Below, one piece after another: positions 48,304 through 58,749 of a stretch of 64,000 bases of DNA. The position numbers were made by a program, and so were the translations under genes. Below the pieces are notes generated by a model that had not been told where the DNA came from, did no database searches, and saw nothing but the letters and a program-made list of their open reading frames with translations. The DNA is from a virus (lineage: Duplodnaviria; Caudoviricetes), in IMG/VR virus record IMGVR_UViG_3300032038_000001, positions 64,001-128,000 of that record. The stretch is one strand, 5' to 3'. Every line of letters begins with the position of its first letter. Position 1 is the first letter of the stretch.

Positions 48304-49617
48304 TTATTTTAGATTATAAATAGATTTTATCATATCGTTAACATTCTCAACATTTACACATACTAAAATTCTATATGTGTAGTATGGTGATTTATTATTA
48401 AAATATATTGTCATTGTTCTATAATCAATTCTGTAATCAGTATTTTCATGTTGTATTATACCTTGTCTTCGAACTTTTATATCTAAAAATTCAAGTAAAG
48501 GTAAACCGTTATCAAGGTGATATTTTATATTAGCTCTCAGTGAATTATTGAGAAGTTCGTCTATACAAATAGAGTCAAATTCTTTTTCAAGTCTGCACGA
48601 AGCTTTACTAAATAAGTGCCACCCTGGTCTAAGATTTAAATCTTCTCGTGTAAGAACATCTGTAAATACTGGTATAAGTTTATCAGATTCAGCATCAATT
48701 TTAGGAAGTTTGATATTATAGATATTATCATTGAATATGTAATAAAAGCCTGTACTATAGAATTCGAGTCTCATGGAGAATGATACCTGATATTGATTCA
48801 TAATATGACCGTTCTTTTCACCTTCATCCCAACTCAAATCTGAGAACATTGTATCTATATGAGTAGGATAGTATCTATAAAATTCTCTAGTACCACTACT
48901 ACCTTGAAGTTTATATGTGACAGGTGACATTGAGTTTTGTTCAAGATATTGTAAGAATGTTTTAGTGGAATTATCAGCATCAAATAATGGTATACCTGAA
49001 ATATCGGATACTATTTTTAACATTTCTTGTGGAATGTAACTCTCTAAGAACACTGGTTCAAATCTTGAACTATTCCATACAATGGCGTTTTGTAAATAAT
49101 GAACATAATCGATTTGATTCATTAATGTTGAAAATATCATTATTACATCGACATATAATATCGAACGATTTTGTTGATATTTTATTATTAGATCATTCCG
49201 GGGATCCTCAAAGAACGGCTGAAGATTTGTGGCACCTCTAGTATGATATAAATTATACTGTCTCTCTATAAGAGGTGTTCCTTTAAGAAAACGTTCCTCA
49301 TCCTCTGTTCCTATTCTCGGTCTAAAGATTATCATCGGTTTCGTTTTCTTAAGGAATTCATGATTAGTACTTCTTATTTGTCTATGAGCAATTTTTGAAT
49401 TAACATGAATTGTTTTAAACAAATCTTCGGGCATTATGTCAAGAACATGTTTTTGCGCCCATGCTAATACATTACCATATGTATGTGACATACTTGTCAT
49501 CATACTCACAAATCGTTTATTTGGATTATATCTATTATCAAGGACTGATGCATCTACCATATGAAGACGTTTTTCTTCTTCTTCTTTTTCTTTTTGTAAT
49601 CGTTGATATAAATACAT
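48304..49617 (-). CDS. hypothetical late protein (probably structural)
   Basis: 437-aa ORF with late motif 49656-49667. Confidence 0.7.
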   Translation of the reverse strand: MYLYQRLQKEKEEEEKRLHMVDASVLDNRYNPNKRFVSMMTSMSHTYGNVLAWAQKHVLDIMPEDLFKTIHVNSKIAHRQIRSTNHEFLKKTKPMIIFRPRIGTEDEERFLKGTPLIERQYNLYHTRGATNLQPFFEDPRNDLIIKYQQNRSILYVDVIMIFSTLMNQIDYVHYLQNAIVWNSSRFEPVFLESYIPQEMLKIVSDISGIPLFDADNSTKTFLQYLEQNSMSPVTYKLQGSSGTREFYRYYPTHIDTMFSDLSWDEGEKNGHIMNQYQVSFSMRLEFYSTGFYYIFNDNIYNIKLPKIDAESDKLIPVFTDVLTREDLNLRPGWHLFSKASCRLEKEFDSICIDELLNNSLRANIKYHLDNGLPLLEFLDIKVRRQGIIQHENTDYRIDYRTMTIYFNNKSPYYTYRILVCVNVENVNDMIKSIYNLK

Positions 49618-49730
49618 TAAAAATTTCTCCTTTCACTTAAGGATTTGATGTATGTTAGTATTTTGTTTTTGAATGAAAATATAACACTGTATTAATATTT
49701 TATTAGAAAAAATAGAGAGGGGTCATACTA

Positions 49731-50177
49731 ATGAAGAAAAAACTTATTTGTATTCTTGGTGATGAAAAATCAAAGAAATCAGAATTTGTAGCTCAAGCTA
49801 TTAAATATGCAGATAATGAGAATTTCATAATGGACTATGTGATAGACGATAATATCGATTTGGAACATAGGAAGATTTTAAAAATGACTAATCCTAAAGA
49901 AATGAATGATATAATGACAAGTGTAATCAATCAAGACCTTCAAGTTATAGTTATTTTTATAGACAACCCATTTATTAAATTGAGTGACGAGTACAAAAAA
50001 ATTAAAAGAATAATGAAATGTAAAGGATATAATAATAACAAAACCAATAAAATTACTTTTGATTCTTATGGTTTTACATTTATCAACTTACCAATTATAA
50101 GAAAGTATGAAATAAAAAGATTTGTTAACAATTGTAAGAAATTTATTAATAGTAACGCATATAATCCTGAAATATAA
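49731..50177 (+). CDS. hypothetical protein with degenerate P-loop-like N-terminus
   Basis: LICILGDEKSKKS; late motif 49683-49694. Confidence 0.6.
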   Translation: MKKKLICILGDEKSKKSEFVAQAIKYADNENFIMDYVIDDNIDLEHRKILKMTNPKEMNDIMTSVINQDLQVIVIFIDNPFIKLSDEYKKIKRIMKCKGYNNNKTNKITFDSYGFTFINLPIIRKYEIKRFVNNCKKFINSNAYNPEI

Positions 50178-50222
50178 AAAAAAGAGAGTGTGTGAATAAA
50201 TTTATTCACACACTCTTTAATA

Positions 50223-51215
50223 TTAACCAATAAATTTCTTGATATATCTATGGATATATTTATTATCCATGACCCAATCGAGAAAATACAATGCTGAAAT
50301 AGCTGTGGGTATTTCGTCATATTTACTAATGGCATACCTGCTTCTCATTATCGGTTTACTTTTCATAAACGCTTTATAAAGTTCTGGGCGTTTATTAAAT
50401 TTAGTATCTTTTATTGCGTCACCAAGAGCGACCAATATATATTCATTATTGTCATTTATTTTTATCCCCTCAATTTTCTTAAACTTTGGGAGATTTGTTA
50501 AATCATAATCCCCCGATGCTAGAATATAGCTTAACCTGACAATCGTGAATATAACTTTATCATCTTCTCCGGAAGAGAAGAAGAATGATCTCGGTACTAA
50601 TTCGATAAGATCATTCATCGCTTTTATAATAAGGCGGTTTTTATCCTTATTGTTAGAATCTTTTCGCCTATATGATGAATATAAAATATTCTTTAGAAGT
50701 ATATTCCTATATTCATAATCATTAGTTACCTGCCTTATTAGATATATTACATCATCATATATATCTGAAATTTTCTGGTAACTTTCTTCATATTTATTAA
50801 AGTTACCAAACCTATTTTTTGTCATTTTCTCCAATGACCCAGTTATTAAAGACTGTATATAATGACTTAAAACCCTCAATCTAAATGTATAGGTTTTTGG
50901 GTCCATTGTCACATCCCAATGTAATATAGACTGAGACATGAAATTTTCGTCATTGATATTTATTCCATCATCTTTAATAACTAATTCATCATCATTCGTT
51001 GTTTCGAAATACGTATCACGTGGTATACCATTAATATCACATAACACTGTAGCTAAACTTGTTTCCAAATTTGCTGCTGAAATTTCGAATTGGTTTTTTG
51101 GCTCATACCCAATATCATGGTGTTTTAACCTAACACCATTATCTTTATCAAGAATATTACGGTTCTCGATAAACTCTAACATGTCATCCGATATAGCCTG
51201 CTTCTTCTTACTCAT
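50223..51215 (-). CDS. hypothetical early protein
   Basis: 330-aa ORF with early motif TATATATTAT-N6-G at 51279-51263. Confidence 0.8.
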   Translation of the reverse strand: MSKKKQAISDDMLEFIENRNILDKDNGVRLKHHDIGYEPKNQFEISAANLETSLATVLCDINGIPRDTYFETTNDDELVIKDDGININDENFMSQSILHWDVTMDPKTYTFRLRVLSHYIQSLITGSLEKMTKNRFGNFNKYEESYQKISDIYDDVIYLIRQVTNDYEYRNILLKNILYSSYRRKDSNNKDKNRLIIKAMNDLIELVPRSFFFSSGEDDKVIFTIVRLSYILASGDYDLTNLPKFKKIEGIKINDNNEYILVALGDAIKDTKFNKRPELYKAFMKSKPIMRSRYAISKYDEIPTAISALYFLDWVMDNKYIHRYIKKFIG

Positions 51216-51322
51216 TTAATATCATTCCTTTCATTTATTTTTGATAAGAGTAAAATATTATACATAGTGATAATATATAAATAAAAGAAACGTATGTAGT
51301 TTTATCTACATACGTTTCTTTG

Positions 51323-51772
51323 TTAAAACCACTTATATTTTTTATATTCTTCATTAAAGAGTATGTACCTGAGCCAATCATCTACTAAAATTGCTATTAA
51401 AGAAATAAACACCCAAAGTATTGAAAAATACAAACATATCTGACCGTTTATATTAAATGGTAAATTAGAATAATCCCAAACATTTAAACCGAGTTTGATA
51501 TTTACAATATACCCAGTTGTATATTCAAAGCATGTTATTATGAAACCACTTATAAGCATTTGTTTTATTACTGGCATATCCCAAGTATACCAATTATTTA
51601 ATCCACCAATAACTATTCCACATACTCCAGCTAAAATAAACATAGATATATGTGAATAACCTCTAAAAAGAATTTCTAGATTAACATAGATAGAACCATT
51701 TGTAATAAACAAAACTAAGTATTTAAAAATACATTTAAGTATAAATTGAATTTTCTGTTTCATAAATATCAC
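51323..51772 (-). CDS. CmpB/ABC-permease-like membrane protein
   Basis: LEILFRG.SH.SMF and E...G...N....VWDYS..PFN..GQIC..FS..W. Confidence 0.75.
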   Translation of the reverse strand: MIFMKQKIQFILKCIFKYLVLFITNGSIYVNLEILFRGYSHISMFILAGVCGIVIGGLNNWYTWDMPVIKQMLISGFIITCFEYTTGYIVNIKLGLNVWDYSNLPFNINGQICLYFSILWVFISLIAILVDDWLRYILFNEEYKKYKWF

Positions 51773-51958
51773 CTCCGAAAATTTTTTGAGACGGCATGAT
51801 TAACTTAATCATGCCGTCTCAAAATAAGGGCGATTACACAAAAAAAATGTGTAATATGTCAGTACTTTAGGTTTAAAGTACTTTAAAAAATATGATAAAA
51901 TAAATATTAAATTGTCGGTGTTAAAACCAAATGCATGATTTTATCATAATGTTAATTA

Positions 51959-52660
51959 TTATTCAGGAGTATTGACATTAACAGGTTCATATTTTGAAAA
52001 ATCAATGTCTACCTGAAGAATTTCATCAACAGATTCAGCATTTTTAATGAGAATTTCATTATGCTGCTGATACGTAACAATTGGTTTCACATACTCAAGC
52101 ATCTTAAGATACAGTGTAACAAGTTCTTCAAATGTATACGGTACACACTCCTTACCAGTTTCATTCCATGTTAATGGAATTTCTATACCGATACTCTGTG
52201 CATATGTATATGCTTGAAGAACACCTGTAAGCTGATTCTGCTTATCAGATGTAACTGTATAGAGTTTATGGTTATATACCATAGGATTATTATATAAATA
52301 TTTCTCGAGATTATTTTTATTTTTCTTGATTATATACTCCTTAACTTCATCAAGAGATAAATCATTGATATTTACTTCATATCTAAGTTCTGCAACGTTC
52401 TTAGAAAGATTATTGATTATCTCATCATAAGATAATGGAGGATAGACCTGAACACCATGCTCATCAGTAAAGATATTGGTATTCGGGTCATAGTAATGTT
52501 TATAGGCTTGAACATCATTATTTACTACTACTGCATAATCAAAGATTAAGTTTCTCTTAAAATCATCGAGTGCAGTTTTAGAGCTTATATCAATTATCAT
52601 TTGAACTTGAAATTTTTCAATATCATCTTCAATAATGCGTTTTATAAGTGCGCCTTTCAT
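51959..52660 (-). CDS. tail-fibre-assembly-like protein (DUF4376-like C-terminus)
   Basis: YTVTSDKQNQL...WNETGKEC..YT.EEL..L....QQ..E..I; late motif 52695-52706. Confidence 0.55.
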   Translation of the reverse strand: MKGALIKRIIEDDIEKFQVQMIIDISSKTALDDFKRNLIFDYAVVVNNDVQAYKHYYDPNTNIFTDEHGVQVYPPLSYDEIINNLSKNVAELRYEVNINDLSLDEVKEYIIKKNKNNLEKYLYNNPMVYNHKLYTVTSDKQNQLTGVLQAYTYAQSIGIEIPLTWNETGKECVPYTFEELVTLYLKMLEYVKPIVTYQQHNEILIKNAESVDEILQVDIDFSKYEPVNVNTPE

Positions 52661-52759
52661 TATATAAAACCTTCTTTCTTCTGAGGAAAACTATTAACTT
52701 ATTGTTTTATAAATAAAATTAACAAGGTAGTGATAAAATGACACCACCTTGTTAATTTA

Positions 52760-53635
52760 TTATATTTTAAATGAATTAAAGAAATCATCAACTTTATGAA
52801 CAGTTTCAGGATTAATATTAGAATATATAATATTATCTTTATCTTTAATTATTGCATGCCTGTGTGAGTTATCTATACCAACTAATGATTCCATAGGGAG
52901 ATCAAATGATTCCATAATCATTTGTGTATTCACATCAGTTCTTCCTACAGCTTCTAAAATTTCTTTAAGAGGAATCATTACATCATTTACTTTTTCCTTT
53001 AAATCATTTACTGATTCAGTAACCGTGTGAATAACTTTATTAATCGGTTTTACTCCACTTATTGCGTGAGCTTCTTTATGAGATGGATACCAGACTGCAT
53101 CATATGTTATGAGTCTTCTTACGATAACTGTTGGCTTATTATTAATAAGCTTTAATGATGCTATAGCTCTGCAGCTAAATGATGGTTTCCATCCAGCCAA
53201 TATTTCTTTACCAAATCCGATACCAATATCATTTTGAGCTGATTGAATCTTTCCTTGTAATAAGTTACCATGCATTTTAGGTTCCATAATTTTGAATGCT
53301 CGTTTTGCAGGAGGAACATTTTGTATTCTCTCAGGACTAAGTTTCTCATCAGCTTTTTCAGGTGTTGGATGGTCAAACTCACCAAACCAGCATCCATCAC
53401 GCAGTAAACATTGAATTTTTTCTTGTTGAATACACTCCCATATATTATCAGCTTTATACATTCTCTGATTACGATTAATCACATCAAATGACTGAAGGTT
53501 AGTATCAAAAGTTACATAAAATAAGTTATTATTATTACATACATCAATATTATTGATGAATTTTTCACCACTAACATGTTCAGATATATACATTAATCCC
53601 ATATCGTCAGTTAATGTATTTTTCACTTTTATCAC
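52760..53635 (-). CDS. prohead (head maturation) protease, T4 gp21/phiKZ gp175-like
   Basis: NRNQRMY, GEFDHP, SFSCRA and ITYDAVWYPSH.EA. Confidence 0.88.
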   Translation of the reverse strand: MIKVKNTLTDDMGLMYISEHVSGEKFINNIDVCNNNNLFYVTFDTNLQSFDVINRNQRMYKADNIWECIQQEKIQCLLRDGCWFGEFDHPTPEKADEKLSPERIQNVPPAKRAFKIMEPKMHGNLLQGKIQSAQNDIGIGFGKEILAGWKPSFSCRAIASLKLINNKPTVIVRRLITYDAVWYPSHKEAHAISGVKPINKVIHTVTESVNDLKEKVNDVMIPLKEILEAVGRTDVNTQMIMESFDLPMESLVGIDNSHRHAIIKDKDNIIYSNINPETVHKVDDFFNSFKI

Positions 53636-53681
53636 ATCCTTTTATTAGTTTTTTTTATTATAATACTGTATTAAAGTTATT

Positions 53682-54470
53682 TTATTCAATAATCTCTATT
53701 GCTATTTTACCATTAAAATAAAATTTACGTTCACCATTATATAAATATCCATCATTATACCAGTCAAGTTTAGCTGTTGATATCGGTATATAATAAGCAT
53801 TTGGAATATAATCATCATCACCCACAACATCTATAGGGTGTGCTACAGTCATATGTCCCGTTGATTGTTGGTATGTCATATTATCATAATAGAATTCATT
53901 AGTAGTAGTATCAATAGTGGTTGTACATAAATAATTAGTACCAGATGAAGCAGCACCTGTAGGTACGGGAGACATATTTCTAAATACAGTTGATGGACGT
54001 ATAACTCCAATATTATTTTTCTTTGTTTTTGCAAATATAATGGTACCTTGTGAGATATTTGCATAAGACGCTACATCAGTAATATTGCATATACTAAATC
54101 CAACACTATTATTATTTATTTTAAATATATATCCTATAAAATTATAGAAATGATTATCATAGTCATTAGTACCACCGCTAGCATCTGAATCATAGTATCC
54201 AGTAGATGATGAAGTGTATGAACGCAAAACTAATAAAGTACGATTATAAGGATTATTAATGATAGCCTTAAATGTATATAATATTTTATCGTTTTTAATG
54301 AAGCTGATTTCAGGTACAGGAAGTTCATCAGTAGTGCCTTCGCTGTATACATTACAAGTGATTGAATCAAAAAAATCAGGCATATTATTTTCAAACCAAG
54401 ATTTTATATTTAAAAACAATGATGCATAATTAGAACATTTTCCAATAAAACATGTTTTTTGTACACCCAT
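53682..54470 (-). CDS. tandem paralogue family, member 4
   Basis: Shares G.IIF.KT and PI...DDY.P..Y...FYFNG.IA with neighbours. Confidence 0.75.
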   Translation of the reverse strand: MGVQKTCFIGKCSNYASLFLNIKSWFENNMPDFFDSITCNVYSEGTTDELPVPEISFIKNDKILYTFKAIINNPYNRTLLVLRSYTSSSTGYYDSDASGGTNDYDNHFYNFIGYIFKINNNSVGFSICNITDVASYANISQGTIIFAKTKKNNIGVIRPSTVFRNMSPVPTGAASSGTNYLCTTTIDTTTNEFYYDNMTYQQSTGHMTVAHPIDVVGDDDYIPNAYYIPISTAKLDWYNDGYLYNGERKFYFNGKIAIEIIE

Positions 54471-54488
54471 AGATATTCACCTCTATTT

Positions 54489-55346
54489 TTAATGATCTAA
54501 TTGTACCGCTATAAAACCATTATAATAAAAAGGTAATCCTTCAATGTCAATAATAGCATCACTATAATAGTTCATTGTAAATTGTGCCATAGATACAGTA
54601 TAACATGTTGGACAGTAATCATCATCACCTATTACCATAATTGGAGACAGTACAGTTTTTTCTGAAAGTGTGGGCTCAAAATAAATATTTGGATAACTCA
54701 TTGTGTCATCAACGCTTTCTATCGTAGCACAATATAAATGATTATATTGTTCAACTGGTATTGTTGCTGAACTAATCGGTATTTTTACAGCCGTTCGAAT
54801 ATTAGAAGGTTGTATCATTGCGATATTACCATTATTAGTAATTGTAAAAATTATGATTCCTGGACTTCTCCATTTTTCATTTCCATCATTAATATTCTCA
54901 AAAGTAAATGCAATTGTTGTATCATTTATTAACAAAATTTCTGATATAAAATTTGAATACTTAAAAGTACCAATTTGTCCGCTGTTACTTACACCACGAT
55001 TGCTTGCAGGTTCCCATAATGAACCTTTTGAATATATATATTGGAAAATATCGTATGTAAGGTAATCAGATCCAAGATTACCTAGATTTTTATATCTAAA
55101 TAGTACAATATCATCTTTTTTAAAATCAATATAGTTATCTGCCGAATTAAATGATTCATTTTCAATATTCATATTATCACTATTTCCAGCATACCAATTA
55201 ATGTATACCGAGTCAAAAAATTTTGAGAAAAATGATGAATAGTCTTCTTCTATTATTTTTTTTATTTTTAAACATGGCTTAGCGAATGAATATCCATTAT
55301 CTCTATAATTCTTTTCCCTATTTATTTTTATTCTCTGAAAATTCAT
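54489..55346 (-). CDS. tandem paralogue family, member 3
   Basis: SPGIIIF, YNHL, KTVLSPI..IGDDDY.P and FYYNGFIAV. Confidence 0.75.
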   Translation of the reverse strand: MNFQRIKINREKNYRDNGYSFAKPCLKIKKIIEEDYSSFFSKFFDSVYINWYAGNSDNMNIENESFNSADNYIDFKKDDIVLFRYKNLGNLGSDYLTYDIFQYIYSKGSLWEPASNRGVSNSGQIGTFKYSNFISEILLINDTTIAFTFENINDGNEKWRSPGIIIFTITNNGNIAMIQPSNIRTAVKIPISSATIPVEQYNHLYCATIESVDDTMSYPNIYFEPTLSEKTVLSPIMVIGDDDYCPTCYTVSMAQFTMNYYSDAIIDIEGLPFYYNGFIAVQLDH

Positions 55347-55360
55347 TATATAAATTCACC

Positions 55361-56182
55361 TCACTGTAATTCAATAGCAATAACGCCATTGTAATAAAAT
55401 TCTCTCATCCCTATTTTTATTACACAATCTGAATTAGACCGTAGTTTAGCACTACTTGTTTGAAGTATGGATGTGTGTGGTAAATAATCATTATTTGGTA
55501 ATGCTATTGGAGTGAAGCAGGTCTTTGTTCTTGTTTTACTCTCATAGCCATATGGTAAGTTAATGGCACTACTCGTCACATTTTTTGTAATTACCTGCAA
55601 ATAATTATATTCTGTTTGTCTAGTACCATTTAAATACGTATCATTTACATGTATGCCGGCATAATGCAAAGATGGATTAACCGTTGCTATTTCAGCATCA
55701 TGTGTTTTCATAAAAATTACTACTCCAGGTCTTCTGTATTGAAAATCAAGCTCGACATTGTTGCATAAAGAAAATGCAACAATATTTTCACTAATTTTAA
55801 TTATTTCATAAATACAATTACAATACTCTGGAGAGGAACTATTTTTCATTAATGCCCAGTTACCCGAAACATCACTACCATCAGCACCATATGGTTTAGT
55901 ATAATATCCATCTAATGTTTTTGATTTGAAAAGTAGTCTACTATATCTCACATCAAGACTACTATTACCCGGGTATGTTGAAATAATACTTTTAATTATT
56001 TCTTCATTTTCATAGAAGTTTATAACAGCTCCTCTGTTGTTATAAGATTTTACTGCCAAAGAATCATCAACCGCAATATTATCGAAAAAATTTGGCATAT
56101 TTTCTTCAAACCAAGATTTTATATTATTAAACATTGCAGTATAATCATTAGGATTTTCTATTAGAAAGCGTTCTATACCCAT
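55361..56182 (-). CDS. tandem paralogue family, member 2
   Basis: NIKSWFEENMPNFFD, RPGVVIF, YNYL and FYYNGVIAI. Confidence 0.75.
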   Translation of the reverse strand: MGIERFLIENPNDYTAMFNNIKSWFEENMPNFFDNIAVDDSLAVKSYNNRGAVINFYENEEIIKSIISTYPGNSSLDVRYSRLLFKSKTLDGYYTKPYGADGSDVSGNWALMKNSSSPEYCNCIYEIIKISENIVAFSLCNNVELDFQYRRPGVVIFMKTHDAEIATVNPSLHYAGIHVNDTYLNGTRQTEYNYLQVITKNVTSSAINLPYGYESKTRTKTCFTPIALPNNDYLPHTSILQTSSAKLRSNSDCVIKIGMREFYYNGVIAIELQ

Positions 56183-56257
56183 ATAGATATTTCACATCCT
56201 CTCATATTTATATAAAATGATATACGTATATTATATTTATACGTATATCATATATTT

Positions 56258-57094
56258 TTATTCTGTATTAATTTTTACTGCTATAAATCCATTATAATAA
56301 TATAAATCACCATTAATATCAAGAATAGCATCATCATGTGGATCTACAATATATTGTGTAACTGGTGTATAATATACATCTGGAACATATTCATTACTAT
56401 TATTAACTAATATAGGATTTAAAATAGTTTTACTACCATATACTGGTTTCCATGGTATATTATTATAAAATGATGTACCAGACATGGAATATGGAGACAA
56501 AACCTCAAGGTGATTATATGTATCAGGTGTTGACCATTCTACATACCAATGAAAAACATTACCGATTATTTTACTTGGTTTTATAGTACATATATTACCT
56601 TTATTAGTTTTTGTTATTATAATTATACCAGGTGATTTTCTACTATCTAAATTTTCTGGTACATATGATGTAAATGAAAGTGCGACAGTATTTTTATTGA
56701 TTACAATAACTTCATACAAAAATGTTATATTTGTACAAAAATGCATATCGTTTTTTCTAGCGGTATTAGCGCCTGATGAAACATTACCACCTATTGAATT
56801 ATCATATACTGAAACAAAAGAATTATAAAAAGTATTAGTTTTTACACGTGAACGTAAATTTAGACCATCTGCTTTTTCAATAGAATCATTCACATTAAAT
56901 GTATAATAGGTTAAAAAGTTAAAATTATCATAGAAAAATTCGAAAATTCGTTCTTTAGTTAGACTTGGGTTTGTTCTTGTTGATGTTGTAAAAAAGAGAC
57001 TACCATTATTATATAATGATAAAAATAGTTCTTGTAATTCATGCTGATTATCATCAATTTGATCGGATTTTGATAATATGTATCTTTGTATCAT
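56258..57094 (-). CDS. tandem paralogue family, member 1
   Basis: SPGIIIITKT, YNHL, KTILNPI and YYYNGFIAV. Confidence 0.75.
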   Translation of the reverse strand: MIQRYILSKSDQIDDNQHELQELFLSLYNNGSLFFTTSTRTNPSLTKERIFEFFYDNFNFLTYYTFNVNDSIEKADGLNLRSRVKTNTFYNSFVSVYDNSIGGNVSSGANTARKNDMHFCTNITFLYEVIVINKNTVALSFTSYVPENLDSRKSPGIIIITKTNKGNICTIKPSKIIGNVFHWYVEWSTPDTYNHLEVLSPYSMSGTSFYNNIPWKPVYGSKTILNPILVNNSNEYVPDVYYTPVTQYIVDPHDDAILDINGDLYYYNGFIAVKINTE

Positions 57095-57124
57095 TTTTTA
57101 TCACCCTCATTTCAACTCACTTTA

Positions 57125-57847
57125 TTATATATAATACAACGGGGTCATATCTAAATGATATGTGTCAGCCCATTTGTTAATAAGTTCTTCTCTAGCAGAT
57201 TCTGCATTAGACCAATCGTCTAATTTAAGATTGATATTTCCTATTGCAGTATTTAATTCTGAGTACATCTTAAGTGTAGGATATAAATTTGATTTTACAT
57301 CTAACATAGCTAATTGTATGAATGAGTCCCTACAAGTTTCTGGTATCGATGCTAATGATTTATCATGTTCAAATCCTAAATCCAGCACTATTGAAGAACT
57401 ACTATATATATTATAAAGATATAATTTTCTAGGGTATTCAAATTTAAATGTCATTTTCGGCATCATTGTACTGATAAGATGTGCACCAGCATTTGCAAGC
57501 ATTGTTTGATTAATTACATTACCTGTCATAAGTGGCATACCACCACCATAATATCCTAAACCAGAAAGGCATGAATCATCATAGGTGACATCAAAAACGT
57601 ATAATAATTTTCGATTTTTAAAATCTGGAAGTAAATATACTTCATACTGGTCTGTTTTTTCTAACCTTTCAAGGTCACTTGTCTTAAGTTGCAGTCTATC
57701 TCTGCATGGACTATATAAAGAGAAATCAGGAATTGTTATATCTTGTAAAATAGTTAATATAGTTTCATCTATATTTTCAAAGGGTGTAGCTATTGCCATT
57801 AATCCTAATGATAACTTGATACGTGTTATTATATTAGACATATTCAT
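57125..57847 (-). CDS. hypothetical late protein (possibly neck/structural)
   Basis: 240-aa ORF; late motif lies in the palindrome at 57883-57899. Confidence 0.65.
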   Translation of the reverse strand: MNMSNIITRIKLSLGLMAIATPFENIDETILTILQDITIPDFSLYSPCRDRLQLKTSDLERLEKTDQYEVYLLPDFKNRKLLYVFDVTYDDSCLSGLGYYGGGMPLMTGNVINQTMLANAGAHLISTMMPKMTFKFEYPRKLYLYNIYSSSSIVLDLGFEHDKSLASIPETCRDSFIQLAMLDVKSNLYPTLKMYSELNTAIGNINLKLDDWSNAESAREELINKWADTYHLDMTPLYYI

Positions 57848-57882
57848 ATATCATTTCACCTCTTATATGGATATTTCTTGTC

Positions 57883-57899
57883 TTAAAACATTGTTTTAA
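57883..57899. promoter_or_regulatory. palindromic back-to-back late-type promoter
   Basis: TTAAAACATTGTTTTAA reads AACA-N6-TA on both strands, between divergent genes. Confidence 0.55.
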
Positions 57900-57931
57900 T
57901 CATACGTTATTTATGGATGGTGATATAAAAT

Positions 57932-58339
57932 ATGAAAAAGAATATACGTCAGTATTCTGACCAAATAAAATTAATTATTATATCAAATTCTACTTATATA
58001 AAGAAACGATTATCTATATTTCCAAAGTCTTTAATAAGTAAAATCAATAGAATGAAATTAGATGGAGAAATAGAAGTGAGAGGTAAATCATATACACGAA
58101 ATGAACTTATAAAAGAGGTATTGATAAAATATAAATCATTACATAGAGAGTCTCTCGCTTCATCATATAATAATATCAGACATTCATTTATAAGAGAAGC
58201 AAAACAAAACAAAGATAATGTTCAAGATGTATATGAGAAGTATCGTAGTATGTTAACCGAAAGACTTAAAAATGATAAGAGTGATTTGTATTTCTGTTTG
58301 GATGCATTAAAAGTAGTTGAGAAGAGTTTAAAAAAATAA
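57932..58339 (+). CDS. basic hypothetical protein
   Basis: 135-aa ORF with RBS GGTGA. Confidence 0.7.
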   Translation: MKKNIRQYSDQIKLIIISNSTYIKKRLSIFPKSLISKINRMKLDGEIEVRGKSYTRNELIKEVLIKYKSLHRESLASSYNNIRHSFIREAKQNKDNVQDVYEKYRSMLTERLKNDKSDLYFCLDALKVVEKSLKK

Positions 58340-58394
58340 AGAAAGAAGTGAGAAAATAATTTCTCACTTCTTTCTTTGTTTCGGTTTTTTTTGA

Positions 58395-58715
58395 TTAATC
58401 CACGAGAAGGAATTTATCGGCAGCTTTTTCCATTAATGCAACAGCCTGATCAGCATCGATTTCATCATCGGTGAACTTCTCACAAATTGCATCAACTACT
58501 TCATCAAACTTTGATGTATCTTCATCATAATATGACTCAGTTAAATCATAATCTGTATCAATGTCATCAAAAATAGATAAGGACTCACTCTCATCAAAGC
58601 ATCTATCTTTAGCTTTTTCAATAAGGGTTGCTCCCTGTTCATCATCGATGTCACCGTTATTATACTTCTCACAAATAGTACTTACAATATTCATATAACT
58701 TCTTGTATCATTCAT
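58395..58715 (-). CDS. small acidic protein with two helical repeats (probable internal head protein)
   Basis: ICEKYNNGDIDDEQGATLIEKA and ICEKFTDDEIDADQAVALMEKA. Confidence 0.65.
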   Translation of the reverse strand: MNDTRSYMNIVSTICEKYNNGDIDDEQGATLIEKAKDRCFDESESLSIFDDIDTDYDLTESYYDEDTSKFDEVVDAICEKFTDDEIDADQAVALMEKAADKFLLVD

Positions 58716-58749
58716 AATTTTTTAACCTTCTTTCTTTAAAATAAAAATA

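Noticed and set aside
51225-51262. TTTACTCTTATCAA upstream of ORF 51215, resembling the 3' half of leader C
   Set aside because: There is no partner strand for stem 1, and the match is too short in AT-rich DNA.
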